In this document: piece by piece, positions 9,136-18,163 of the stretch
How positions within the stretch are numbered: position 1 is the first letter of the stretch
How the letters are laid out: each line of letters opens with the position of its first letter
IMG/VR virus record: IMGVR_UViG_3300002448_000161
Source of the DNA: a virus
DNA length: 36,161 nt
Direction: 5' to 3' (one strand)
Made by a program: the position numbers and the translations under genes
The notes under the pieces: generated by a model
Database searches by the model: none
Seen by the model: the letters and a program-made list of their open reading frames with translations, nothing else
Told to the model about the DNA's origin: nothing

Positions 9136-10388
9136 GCCCTGGCCAGGAGATTTAATCCCTGGCGCCGGATGTTTTCCGCCGCGTTGACGTCGGCGTTGGC
9201 GGTGTGGCCGCAGTCGGTGCATTTGAACAATGCCTGAGACCTGCGGTTCGCTTCGTCTATGGATCCGCATTTACCGCATAGCCGGCTGGTGTTAATTGCA
9301 GGCACTGGTACCAGGGAACGGCTGTACCACTGGCATTTGTACTCCAGCTTCTGGCGTATCCCGTACCAGCCCTGGAACAGGATGGACCGGTTGAGTCCGG
9401 ATTTCTGCCGGACGTTGGTGCCGGGCTTGTCCACTGTGCCTCTGGCTGACCTTACCATGTTGGAAATGCGGGTGTCCTCGATGCAGACTACCTGGTGGTC
9501 TTTGACCAGTTGTGATGTAATCCGGTGCTGGAGTCCGGCAAGGGAGTCCTGGCGTTTTTGCTCTACTCTTCGGAGCATGGCCAGGGACTTGAGGTAGTTG
9601 TGGGAGGGGCCATCGGTCCAGCGGAATCTCCGCCTGGTCCGGCTGTTTGAGAGCTTGTGGGATACGAACCGGGCTCGGCCGTCCTTCAGGGCGGAGTCCC
9701 GCTGCCTTTGCATTTTCCGCCGCAGTCTTCGCATCACCTTCCGGTGTTCTCTGTCCTTCAGCCCGGGCACCTGGGCAACTTGTCCTGTTTGGTTCACGGC
9801 GGTCAGCAGGTGCTTGACCCCGGGGTCTATGCCCACCGACTGGTTTGGAGCCGGTTCCGGGGTTATTTCCTGGTTGAAGACCAGCAGGACGTTGTAGCGA
9901 CTCGGAGTGCGGGTAATCCGGATTATTCTGGGCTGGACCCCTTCAGGCAGACGGTTATTCGGCTTGAATTGGAGTCTGGGCAGCCCCTTGATGTGGACGT
10001 AACCCTTCCTGCCGTCCTCGGACAGCTTCAGGTGGCCTACTGCTGGCTCGGAGATCTCCATGGTATTAAGCCGGTAGGGGCTGCTGGTGCGGGGCCTGCC
10101 GCGCTCGGGTCTCTTAAAGTATTCGCTGAAGGAGGTGTTGACCCGTCTGGCTGCTGATGCCAGCAGTCTGCGGGCGTAGCGGTTATAGACCGGGTCGTTC
10201 CGGTTCAGGTCCGTCAGGTGGGCATTCTGCAGTTTCAGTGACCACCTTCTCCTGTGGGAGCCGGTGGCCGTATTGCGGTGCCGGATGAGGGCGTTGTACA
10301 GGTTTCCCATATCCAGCATGGCCTGTTCCAGCTGACGATAGCCGTGGCTGCTGGCAGTGGCCCGGTATTTCAGGGTGGCGGTCTGCAT
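9036..10388 (-). CDS. tnpB: RNA-guided endonuclease TnpB (450 aa, intact RuvC)
   Basis: RuvC-I VGIDPG, RuvC-II CIED, GLNRSIL.QGW, Zn finger CGKC/CTDC, RuvC-III NADVNAAENI; ATG 10388 aligns with the other copies. Confidence 0.95.
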   Translation of the reverse strand: MQTATLKYRATASSHGYRQLEQAMLDMGNLYNALIRHRNTATGSHRRRWSLKLQNAHLTDLNRNDPVYNRYARRLLASAARRVNTSFSEYFKRPERGRPRTSSPYRLNTMEISEPAVGHLKLSEDGRKGYVHIKGLPRLQFKPNNRLPEGVQPRIIRITRTPSRYNVLLVFNQEITPEPAPNQSVGIDPGVKHLLTAVNQTGQVAQVPGLKDREHRKVMRRLRRKMQRQRDSALKDGRARFVSHKLSNSRTRRRFRWTDGPSHNYLKSLAMLRRVEQKRQDSLAGLQHRITSQLVKDHQVVCIEDTRISNMVRSARGTVDKPGTNVRQKSGLNRSILFQGWYGIRQKLEYKCQWYSRSLVPVPAINTSRLCGKCGSIDEANRRSQALFKCTDCGHTANADVNAAENIRRQGLNLLARAENRPSGRPGRAAGSPTGKQAHKAGLEALASRP

Positions 10389-10482
10389 GTACGCCTCTGC
10401 TGGGGAGTTTATCTGGCTAGGCTTGCTTTCAGCTACGGCCAACTGTCAGTTCCTCTGTTTTTCAGAGTTTCGCAATTTTCTG

Positions 10483-10735
10483 TGAAGATGGTCCTGGCGG
10501 TTATGTTGAACTTGGCGGCGGCCTCATTCACTGTCAGGCCCTCGGCCTCAATGCACTCCCGCAGGTCCCGGTCCTGGATCGGTTTGATCAGGGTGCTGTC
10601 CTCCAGGCGGCATACGGGAAAGGGGCATCGCAGGCATGACGGGGCCAGGTGGCATCCCTGGTTTGGTGGCGGGGTCCCGAACCCCGGGAGTGCGTCGATG
10701 GGGACCAACGGCAGGGTCCTGTCTTGGCTGGTCAA
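10483..10735 (-). pseudogene. 5' part of a Cys-cluster + HTH gene interrupted by element 1
   Basis: GCHLAPSCLRCPFPVC...GLTVNEAAAKFNITARTIF; breaks inside the predicted HTH recognition helix exactly at the direct repeat. Confidence 0.8.
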
Positions 10736-10771
10736 TCCTGGCGCTCCTTGTGTCGCTTCTCGAGCCCTTGT

Positions 10772-11122
10772 CTAGGGCGGGGCCACGCCCTGCAGGCGGT
10801 CGCCGGGGTTTCGGAATTCGTGAAGCAGGGAGTCGATGTCCTCGAGGGCGTCGCCCACGCTGTTGTGCGAGCGGGTCTCGTAGTTGTCGGTGTCCCACGG
10901 CCGGTAGGCCGCCACCTTTATGACTTTGTCCTCTCGATCGGCGGTCGCCTGTCGACCGGCGCTGGTTGTGGTCACCTCGGCGATTCTCTGGCTGTGCTCC
11001 TGGTCCTTGACCAGGGCGTAGCCGTGCACTATCTCGTAGGCCAGGTTCGGCCCGGTAAGGTCGTGGACCCCGTCGATCAGCCTCTGGATGACGGGGCAGC
11101 TGGTTTCAGGTTTTTTGTTCAA
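10772..11122 (-). CDS. Hypothetical protein
   Basis: TTG 11122 overlaps the upstream stop; AAGGAG RBS. Confidence 0.5.
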   Translation of the reverse strand: MNKKPETSCPVIQRLIDGVHDLTGPNLAYEIVHGYALVKDQEHSQRIAEVTTTSAGRQATADREDKVIKVAAYRPWDTDNYETRSHNSVGDALEDIDSLLHEFRNPGDRLQGVAPP

Positions 11123-11520
11123 GGCTTGTGATCTCCTTCCTCCCGGCCGTCCTCGGCCTTGCGGCGCAGGGCTTCGGCCCTTCCCTTTGCGGTAAGCTGC
11201 CAGCCGCCGTCCTTCTCGTAGGCCAGGCCGTTCTTTTCCATCTCGATCATGGTTTCCTTCACGGCTTCCAGGTTGTGCTGGTGGAGCCCTTTTTCCACCG
11301 TCTCGCCGAAGGTCTTGGTGCTCAGGGACTCCGGCGCCTCCGGGTGTCGGTCGCACCAGTGCTGCAGCTGTTCCGATACCATCTCGGCCATGAGTTCCCA
11401 CTGGCTGGGGGCAACCTTGCTTATGTCCTTCGGGTTAACGGTCTCCAGCGCCCACGCCCATGCCCCCTTGGCTGCGTCGAGCGCTATTTCCTGGGCGTCG
11501 ATGTATTCGGTTATATCCAT
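11119..11520 (-). CDS. Hypothetical protein with C-terminal winged-helix-like segment
   Basis: EMEKNGLAYEKDGGWQLTAKG. Confidence 0.6.
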   Translation of the reverse strand: MDITEYIDAQEIALDAAKGAWAWALETVNPKDISKVAPSQWELMAEMVSEQLQHWCDRHPEAPESLSTKTFGETVEKGLHQHNLEAVKETMIEMEKNGLAYEKDGGWQLTAKGRAEALRRKAEDGREEGDHKP

Positions 11521-11527
11521 TCAGCTT

Positions 11528-12037
11528 TCAGTCTCCGTCGATGTGGCTGAGTTTGTGCCCTGGCACCTGGTGGATGTGGAGCTCCTGGCCGCAGGTCTCG
11601 CAGGGTTCGGTCCGGACTTCGTATCCCCGGTATTTTGCTACCACGGTTACCACTGTCCCGGCTGGCATTTCCGTCCACGCCGTTCCCAGGGGGACGTTGG
11701 CCCTGAATCTCTTCCCCAGTATGGTTTCGGCTTGGCCGTCGGACTTTCGTTCGTCCAGGACGTTTGCTGCGTTCAGCAGCGGTCCGGCTCCGCTGGATTC
11801 CGGTGTCGGGCTGTCGCTGAGGTCAACGGTGTCCGCTTTGACCCGGGATAGTATGACGACCATGCCGCACGCGGGGCATGGGTCTGTCTTGACGCTCAGG
11901 CCGCTCTGCTTTCCGGTTACGGTGCCGGTGGTCCCTTGCTTCATGGTCAAGCCCCGGTTGGCTATGTCCTGGTTCAGCACTATCCGCACCGGACTGGTCC
12001 CGTTGGCCCTGATTTTCAGGTATGTCTTCTGGTCCAC
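11528..12037 (-). CDS. Protein with two tandem beta-rich CxxC domains
   Basis: GTG 12037 with AAGGAG RBS; repeats ..GTTGTVTGKQSGLSVKTDPCPACG and ..GTVVTVVAKYRGYEVRTEPCETCG. Confidence 0.65.
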   Translation of the reverse strand: MDQKTYLKIRANGTSPVRIVLNQDIANRGLTMKQGTTGTVTGKQSGLSVKTDPCPACGMVVILSRVKADTVDLSDSPTPESSGAGPLLNAANVLDERKSDGQAETILGKRFRANVPLGTAWTEMPAGTVVTVVAKYRGYEVRTEPCETCGQELHIHQVPGHKLSHIDGD

Positions 12038-12039
12038 CG

Positions 12040-12121
12040 TCAGTTCTCCTTTTGGCTTGGTCTGCCCGCTGTGGTCAGCGGGTTGTCCGGGCAGCCGGTG
12101 TTGGTCCAGTATTCGCAATCC
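12040..12121 (-). pseudogene. 3' part of the small Cys gene interrupted by element 2
   Basis: The empty site reads ..HEPDCEYWTNTGCPDNPLTTAGRPSQKEN*, ending 2 nt before the next start codon. Confidence 0.7.
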
Positions 12122-12265
12122 TGGAAAATTCCGCTACTGGTGTAGTGGGTTCGCACGTGCAGCGCTAGCCGTTGGGCGTAGTCTCAACTACGCCTTCCTG
12201 CCTGGTGCGCTTTTTTCCTTGGGGATTCCGGCGGCACGCCCAGGCGGTCCCGAGGGATCGTTTTC
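12122..12265 (-). ncRNA. Putative omega-RNA scaffold of element 2 (boundaries approximate)
   Basis: Shares CGTGCAGCGC and TTCCGGCGGCACG with the other copies; 8-bp hairpin at 12175-12194 in the equivalent position. Confidence 0.55.
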
Positions 12266-13537
12266 TGCCCTGGCCAGGAGGTTCAGCCCCTGGCGCCGGA
12301 TATTTTCTGCCGCGTTGACGTCGGCGTTGGAGGTGTGACCGCAGTCGGTGCATTTGAATAGCGACTGCGATCTGCGGTTTCCTGCTTCAATTGAACCGCA
12401 TTGGCCGCATAGGCGGCTGGTGTTTATTGCCGGAACCGCTATGAAGTCTCTTTCGTACCAGTGGCACTTGTATTCCAGCTTGGTTCTCACGCCGTACCAG
12501 CCCTGGAACAGGATGGAGCGGTTGAGTCCTGCCTTCTGCCGGACGTTGGTGCCGGGGTTTTCCACCGTTCCACGGGCCGACCTGACCATGTTTGATATGC
12601 GGGTATCCTCGATGCAGACGACTTGGTGGTCTTTAACCAGTTGCGAAGTAATCCGGTGCTGGAGACCTGCAAGGGAGTCCTGGCGTTTCTGCTCTACTTT
12701 TCGGAGCTGGGCCAGGGTCTTGAGGTAGTTGCGGGATGGGCCTTCGGTCCACCGGTATCTTCGCTTCGTCCGTCCGTTTCCCAGCCTTTGAGAGACGAAC
12801 CGGGCCCGTCCGTCCTTCAGGGCGGAGTCCCGTTGTCGTTGCATCTTTCTGCGGAGTCTCCGCATTACCTTCCGGTGCTGGTTGTCCTTCAGCCCGGGTA
12901 CCTGGGTGGTCTCTCCTGACTCATTCACGCTGGTAAGCAGGTGTTTCACCCCCGGGTCTATTCCCACTGAATTCTTTGGAGCGGGAACTCTGGCAACTTC
13001 TTGGTTGAAGACCAGCAGGACGTTGAAGCGCCTGGGGGTGCGGGTTATCCGGATGATGCGGGGCTGCTCCTTCGGGGGCAGCCGCTCGTCAGTTCTGAAT
13101 GACACCCTTGGCAGTCCTTTGACGTGGATGTAACCATTCCTGCCGTCTTTGGACAGTTTCAGGTGGGCTACGGCCGGCTCGCTTATCTCCAGCGTATTGA
13201 ACCTGTAGGGGTTGTTGGTACCTGGCCTGCTGCGCTCGGGTCTCTTGAAGTATTCGCTGAAGGAGGTGTTGACCCTTTTGGCGGTGGATACCAGCAGCCG
13301 ACGGGCGTACTGGTTATAGACGGGGTCATTTCGGTGCATGTCCGTCAGGTGGGCGTTCTGCAGTTTCAGGGTCCACTGTCTCCGGTGGGAGCCGGTGGCG
13401 GTCAGCCGGTGTCGTATCAGGGCGTTGTATAGATAGCCCATATCCAGCATGGTCTGTTCCAGCTGGCGGTAGCCGTGCCTGCTGGCGGTGGCCCTGTATC
13501 TGAGAGTCGTTTTGACCTGTCGGTTATGGTCTGTCAT
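12188..13537 (-). CDS. tnpB: RNA-guided endonuclease TnpB (449 aa, intact RuvC)
   Basis: VGIDPG, CIED, CGQC/CTDC, NADVNAAENI. Confidence 0.95.
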   Translation of the reverse strand: MTDHNRQVKTTLRYRATASRHGYRQLEQTMLDMGYLYNALIRHRLTATGSHRRQWTLKLQNAHLTDMHRNDPVYNQYARRLLVSTAKRVNTSFSEYFKRPERSRPGTNNPYRFNTLEISEPAVAHLKLSKDGRNGYIHVKGLPRVSFRTDERLPPKEQPRIIRITRTPRRFNVLLVFNQEVARVPAPKNSVGIDPGVKHLLTSVNESGETTQVPGLKDNQHRKVMRRLRRKMQRQRDSALKDGRARFVSQRLGNGRTKRRYRWTEGPSRNYLKTLAQLRKVEQKRQDSLAGLQHRITSQLVKDHQVVCIEDTRISNMVRSARGTVENPGTNVRQKAGLNRSILFQGWYGVRTKLEYKCHWYERDFIAVPAINTSRLCGQCGSIEAGNRRSQSLFKCTDCGHTSNADVNAAENIRRQGLNLLARAENDPSGPPGRAAGIPKEKSAPGRKA

Positions 13538-13619
13538 TGCTTTCTCTGCTGTCGCCGGGAGTTTGTGCGAGTTAACCCGCTGCTGTTTGGTTAGAGTTTT
13601 CCGAGTAGCGGAATTTTCT

Positions 13620-13843
13620 CAATCCGGCTCGTGGTCGCTGCCGTCGAACCAGGTGGGGAGTCCCTCTCCGTCCTGCTCACATTCGCCGAACCCGTCGGTG
13701 CCGTCTGAGGCGGCGCGAGCGCCGCATCTGCTGCATGTGGGGGTCAGCTCTGCGCGTTCGGCTGTGATCCAGCTTTTCATATCCCAGTCATGGGGTCCCT
13801 TCGTTATCTGAGCGGGGTCGCTTATGTGGTTGCTCCCTGTCAT
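13620..13843 (-). pseudogene. 5' part of the small CxxC gene interrupted by element 2
   Basis: Its TGA is created at the element junction; continues in frame at 12115 in the reconstructed empty site. Confidence 0.7.
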
Positions 13844-13861
13844 TTTATCTTTGTCCTGCCT

Positions 13862-14242
13862 TCAGGCGGCTTTCGCTTGCGGCCGTGCCGCCATCCGTCT
13901 CTCCGCTTTGCTGGCTTCTTGGTCCAGTTCCTGGGCCAGCGCCTCCTGCTCTGCGAGGGCCTCGCCCGTGTTTGCTAGCCAGCGCTCGGCGCATCCCGTC
14001 AGGACGCTCCAAAGCGTCTCACGCCGGAGTTCGACCTGGGTCTGCGTCATCATGAGTCCGTGGCCCCTCTGGTCTGCTGCCAGCATCAGGTAGCAGTCGG
14101 CGTGGCCGGTTTCACCGCACATGGGGCACTGCGTGCAGGGACATCCTTCCTCGGTTTCTCCGCAGGTCTCGCATTTGAAATTGTTATCCGGCGGGCCGTT
14201 GCACCCCGGGGGATATCTTCCGTCAAAGATTGGACTGGTCAC
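13862..14242 (-). CDS. Hypothetical Cys-rich protein
   Basis: CETC..CPCTQCPMC..HADC; AAAGGAG RBS. Confidence 0.6.
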   Translation of the reverse strand: MTSPIFDGRYPPGCNGPPDNNFKCETCGETEEGCPCTQCPMCGETGHADCYLMLAADQRGHGLMMTQTQVELRRETLWSVLTGCAERWLANTGEALAEQEALAQELDQEASKAERRMAARPQAKAA

Positions 14243-14287
14243 CGGTACGGGCTCCTTTCTGTAACTGTTGTCTTGTTTCCCCTAGGC

Positions 14288-14563
14288 TCAGGGCAGGACG
14301 TCGCTCATCAATTTGAGAACGTCGTCCACGAGACTTCTCAGGCCGGCGCGTATTTTCTCCTCGTCCCGTTCCTCCTGGAGGCCGTCGGCCCGGTTCCGCC
14401 ACGCGCCCAGCAGGCGCGGCGCGTTGCTGTGGTTCATAATCAGGTTGATCCGTCTTTCGATGCGGCTGGCCATTCTTCTGAGCTCGTCCAGCGGCGCCTG
14501 ATCGATGGAGTTGTGGTACTTCTCCTGTTTCTCCTGGTTTACGGGCAGTACGGTCATGGTCAT
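14288..14563 (-). CDS. Hypothetical helical protein
   Basis: ATG 14563 with AGGAGGAG RBS. Confidence 0.55.
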   Translation of the reverse strand: MTMTVLPVNQEKQEKYHNSIDQAPLDELRRMASRIERRINLIMNHSNAPRLLGAWRNRADGLQEERDEEKIRAGLRSLVDDVLKLMSDVLP

Positions 14564-14766
14564 GGCGATTCTCTCCTCCTTGAATCTTCGATTTGCGGGG
14601 CTTGCCGCCCCCTTGTCTACCGTGTCCGTGATTCGGCTTCTGTCCGTGCCGGTTGACTCAGTCCTATTTCCGGCCCGGTCCGCTTGCGGCCGGGCTAAGC
14701 GCGGGTGTCTGGCCCGCCCGCTGGCCGTCTCCTTGGGAGCGGTCTTTGGTCGGGGAGTTCCCGGCG

Positions 14767-15060
14767 TCAGCCTGCCTTCAGGCGCTCCAGTTCCTGGAGC
14801 AGATAATGTTGCGGTAGGAACTCGTGCATGTGTTCCAGGTACCACAGATTGAACGGGTTGGGCCTCACCTCACCGTTGGCCTGGTATTCGGCCGGGAGTT
14901 TCTCCCACAGGTGGCGGCCGTGGTGGCGCCACATTTCCAGCCCCTCGTTCCGTTGGAAGCTTTGAGTGCATTCCGGGCAACGTCTTTCCCCAGTTATCTC
15001 TTCGCCGGACTCATTTGCTGCTGTGGTTGCGGGTTGTGCCAGTGTTTTTGGTTCGTTCAT
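14767..15060 (-). CDS. Hypothetical protein (CxxC...HH)
   Basis: 97-aa ORF. Confidence 0.5.
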   Translation of the reverse strand: MNEPKTLAQPATTAANESGEEITGERRCPECTQSFQRNEGLEMWRHHGRHLWEKLPAEYQANGEVRPNPFNLWYLEHMHEFLPQHYLLQELERLKAG

Positions 15061-15152
15061 TCCTTGTTCCCTGGTACCCTCCTTCTCTTGATCGCCCTGG
15101 TGTCGGCATGCTGGGCGTGATTCTCCGGGCTATACGGGTTCGTGTTTATGTC

Positions 15153-15182
15153 AAAACGAAGGGCCCCCGTTTGTCGGGGGCC
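15153..15182 (-). terminator. Intrinsic terminator
   Basis: Minus strand GGCCCCCG-ACAAA-CGGGGGCC followed by CTTCGTTTT, just after the 15217 stop. Confidence 0.65.
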
Positions 15183-15216
15183 TTATCTCCTTTTCTGTCC
15201 GGGTTTAGTTGGAGTG

Positions 15217-16890
15217 TTAGTTCGGGGTCAGCGTGCCCATCATGCTGCCGCTCAGCGTCCCTCCGGTCCTGGTACACGCTGTTGTGGTTGCGTTGCAGTC
15301 ATTTCTCGCGGGCAGCAGCAGGACCATTGTGGACCTCGGCTGTCCTGCGACCTTTATCCGCCAGTGGGCGCTGTTCCGGTGGATCGGCCAGGCCTCGGTG
15401 ACGCTGCCGTTGATGATCTGGAACATACCGTCTCTTGGATGGCCGTTCCCGACCCTAACCGGTTCGCTGAACGTGAATTCCAGGTAGGTCCCTGCTCCTG
15501 AGTTATGGCGGTCCGTTTTTTCGCTCCACGCGGCCGTCAGCGGCATCCTGAGCAGCTTGCTGCCGTTCTGGACTGAGATCTGGCTTAGCCTGGGGTCCGC
15601 GTGGTTGCCCGGGTGTCAATCAGGGACCATGCGTCTGGCGCCGTGTCGGGCTGGTACCTGAGGGTAACCGTGTCGCCTTTGTATATGGCCCGTTTCAGGT
15701 GGATCGTTACGCGTCTTCCGCTGTAGGTCAGGGACGTGGCCTGTATCCTCGCGTCGTTGACGCGGATCTGCAGGCTGTCGAGACCCCGCTGGTCCGGCGC
15801 CAGGGGTTCCATGTTGGAGCCGAAGCTCAGCCTTATGGCCTCGCCGTTGGCGGTTACGCTCTGCTGGTAGAGCCAGGGCTTGGTCGACTGGGCTCTGGCC
15901 CAGCGCTCGTTGGAGGGCGGTCCCGTTTCGGTTCCACTCTTTGCCTTGACCCGGACGCTGTAGCGTTGTCCCTGAACCAGATCCCGCAGGATGGCCACTG
16001 CTACCGAGTTTTCGGGCTCGACCAGGGTGCTATGCACCTGGGTCGGGTCGTTCCACGCGGCGGTTACCGGCTTCCATTGCAGGAGGTACCCGTCGATCTC
16101 GTCCTTCTTTTCCGTGGGCGGGTACCAGATGGCGTATATCGCGCCGGCGGCGGTTATCAGCTGCAGCTGTTCTGGCCTCCCTGGGGCGGTGGATGTCGCC
16201 GGCTCCTCACCGTCGTTGTCGTCCAGTCTTGCCCTTACCGTGAGTCCGCTTTCCCATCGGGCCAGCGTGTCGTAGGGCATTTCCGATTCCCAGGCGAGCT
16301 TGCTGCCGTCGGCTCCCTCCGCTTCGTTGAATTGCAGCGGCGCGTTGTCCAGGTAGAGGGTCCACGTCGCGTAGTCTTCCGTTGGGTCTGCCGCTGTCCA
16401 GCCTCCGTGGGCGTTTTGGCGGTAGAGCGTGGCTATTACCTGGCTGGTGCAGGGATCCACGCCGTGGATGCCTCCGGGGTGGTCAGCCGGGTTGCTGCTG
16501 GGCTTCAGGGTCAGGGTGTTGAGCTGGTAGGTCCTGCCCTCGTGGTAAAGGTTGTGTTTACCCGTCGCAACGGAACCGGCAGGGACTCGGCGTAGGTCAG
16601 CTTGAATTCGTCCCAGTCCTGCAGGCCGAGGTCCGCCATGGGCAGTCGCCGCACCAGAGGGTGCAGGGCTCCAGTGTTCTGACCTTCAGCTCTGCGCTCA
16701 CGTTGGAATACCTGGCTCCCGATCCCTGGTGGGTCAGTGTTACGGTCTCGTCCAGCAGGTCTTCGTCCGCGGCTGCGTGGAGGGTGATGCGTTGTCCCGT
16801 TCTCCAGTTGCCGCTCGTGAAGTGTAGTTGGGTTGGCTTTACCCCCAGGTTTATTCCGCTGTGTCCGGCTATTGTGACGGTGGTCCCGCC
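15217..16890 (-). pseudogene. 5'-truncated, frameshifted surface protein (Ig-like, fibronectin III, SwmB-like and C-terminal Cys-paired domains)
   Basis: LHFTSGNWRTGQRITL..DETVTLTH; FN3-like PGRP..WYPP..IDGYLLQWK..YSVRVKA; SwmB-like VTANGEAIRLSF..VTLRY; frame changes near 16645, 16575 and 15612. Confidence 0.7.
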
Positions 16891-16899
16891 CGTTCCGGT

Positions 16900-17386
16900 T
16901 CCCTCTGTCGTGTTGGTGGTGATTGTCCTGTGGGCAATCTTCCAGCTTGGTTTCCCCCTGCGGCACTTTCTGGTCCCTGGGAATGTGAGCTGGACTGAGG
17001 AGGGGCATCTTTTTGCTTGGCATATGATGCTCAGGAGCAAGTCTGAGGATGTGACCGTTATGGTTGAGCGGGATGACGGCTCGGTTACTTCCTATTCCCT
17101 TACCGATGAGGATCTGCCGGTTCCTCTTACCAGACGTCATCGTGATACCATTTCGGGCCGCGCTTATATAATGGTCCAGTATGCTCATGCGGTAGCGGAG
17201 CAACCCGGCGTTGAGGGTGTTTATTTTGACGTATGGGCCAGTCTCAACAGCCGTGAGTGGAGGCTCCTTATTGATCCGGAGGTGGATCTTTCCAAAGAGC
17301 CTCTTTTCTGGTTGGGTCATGCTCCGTGGGTTTTCCATGAGGATGAGGCGCTGAGGCGTGTTTATGCGGAGCCCGGGGGGTCCTGA
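16900..17386 (+). pseudogene. C-terminal fragment of an HTTM / vitamin K-dependent gamma-carboxylase-like protein
   Basis: FQLGFPLRHFLVPGNVSWTEEGHLFAWHMMLRSK...VWASLN.R..RLLIDPEVDL..PWV; N-terminal membrane domain absent. Confidence 0.8.
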
Positions 17387-17469
17387 AATTCTAACGTAGT
17401 TGGGTGGGTCTGGGGGGGCAAAGATGGTAATATCGGGGTGTAGTTATACCCCTCTGGAGGCTCTTTTCT

Positions 17470-17700
17470 ATGTCAGTTGAGTGGTCAGTTGCGACCGTTG
17501 ATATTGCCGTCGGCCGGGATGCCGACGGCGTCGATTACCTTATTTCCTGGTGTCCCGCCCGGGTGACCGTTGAGAGCGGCGAACCTTTCGGCTCCGAATT
17601 TTTTCCAATCTTTACCGGCGGTTCGTTTATGGTTACCAGTGAGGGCGAGCGGCTCGGTGTCTACGAGACTCTGGAGGCCGCCCAGGCCTCTATTCCTTAA
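17470..17700 (+). CDS. Hypothetical protein
   Basis: GGAGG RBS at 17456-17460; TGGTAATAT extended -10-like motif upstream. Confidence 0.55.
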   Translation: MSVEWSVATVDIAVGRDADGVDYLISWCPARVTVESGEPFGSEFFPIFTGGSFMVTSEGERLGVYETLEAAQASIP

Positions 17701-17736
17701 ACCTCGTAGTTGTTTTTTCCGCTGGGTGACTTTGTC

Positions 17737-18117
17737 TTAAATGATGGTCCCGTTGTACCGGTTCAGGGTCTTGCGGACGTCGTTCCGGGCCCAGGCCAGG
17801 TCGCGCCTGTAGATGTCCCGGTACTTCTGCCGGTGTTTCACCGCTCTGTCCAGCGTCCGGCGCCCTGCCTCCTGTGCGCTGATCTGCGCCACGCTGGTCA
17901 TCATCAGGAACCATTCGCAGCCGTTGCCCCGGCCGCTGGCATGGTCGGCGACTACATTTGCAGCGCTGGTGGCGTTCAGGTATCCCAGGCTCTCGCAGAT
18001 AAGGTATGCGGTCAGCAGCGGGTACCTGTTGAGCGCCTGGGCGCCGGTCATTGATTTGTGGTCCCTTGGCCTTGGCTCCAGCGTCGCTGTGGGCCTGTCA
18101 GTTCGATTTTCGTTCAT
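17737..18117 (-). CDS. Hypothetical protein
   Basis: 126-aa ORF. Confidence 0.55.
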   Translation of the reverse strand: MNENRTDRPTATLEPRPRDHKSMTGAQALNRYPLLTAYLICESLGYLNATSAANVVADHASGRGNGCEWFLMMTSVAQISAQEAGRRTLDRAVKHRQKYRDIYRRDLAWARNDVRKTLNRYNGTII

Positions 18118-18163
18118 CCTCGCTCCGGGTTCTTGTTTTGATTCCTTTCCGGTCGGCTGGCCT

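Larger units (their letters stand above)
8959..10482 (-). mobile_element. TIR/TSD-flanked tnpB-only element 1 (1524 bp)
   Basis: 18-bp perfect IR AGAAAATTGCGAAACTCT (8960-8977 / 10464-10481); direct repeat TGAAGAT at 8952-8958 and 10483-10489. Confidence 0.9.
12122..13619 (-). mobile_element. TIR/TSD-flanked tnpB-only element 2 (~1498 bp)
   Basis: 15-bp perfect IR GAAAATTCCGCTACT (12124-12138 / 13604-13618); direct repeat CAATCC at 12116-12121 and 13620-13625. Confidence 0.9.

Noticed and set aside
10389-10482. IStron (group I intron) explanation for insertion within genes
   Set aside because: Only ~90 nt lie upstream of tnpB and ~75 nt downstream; no room for, or motifs of, a group I core
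15130-15154. TTGACA...TATAGC promoter on the minus strand
   Set aside because: Spacer is only 14 nt
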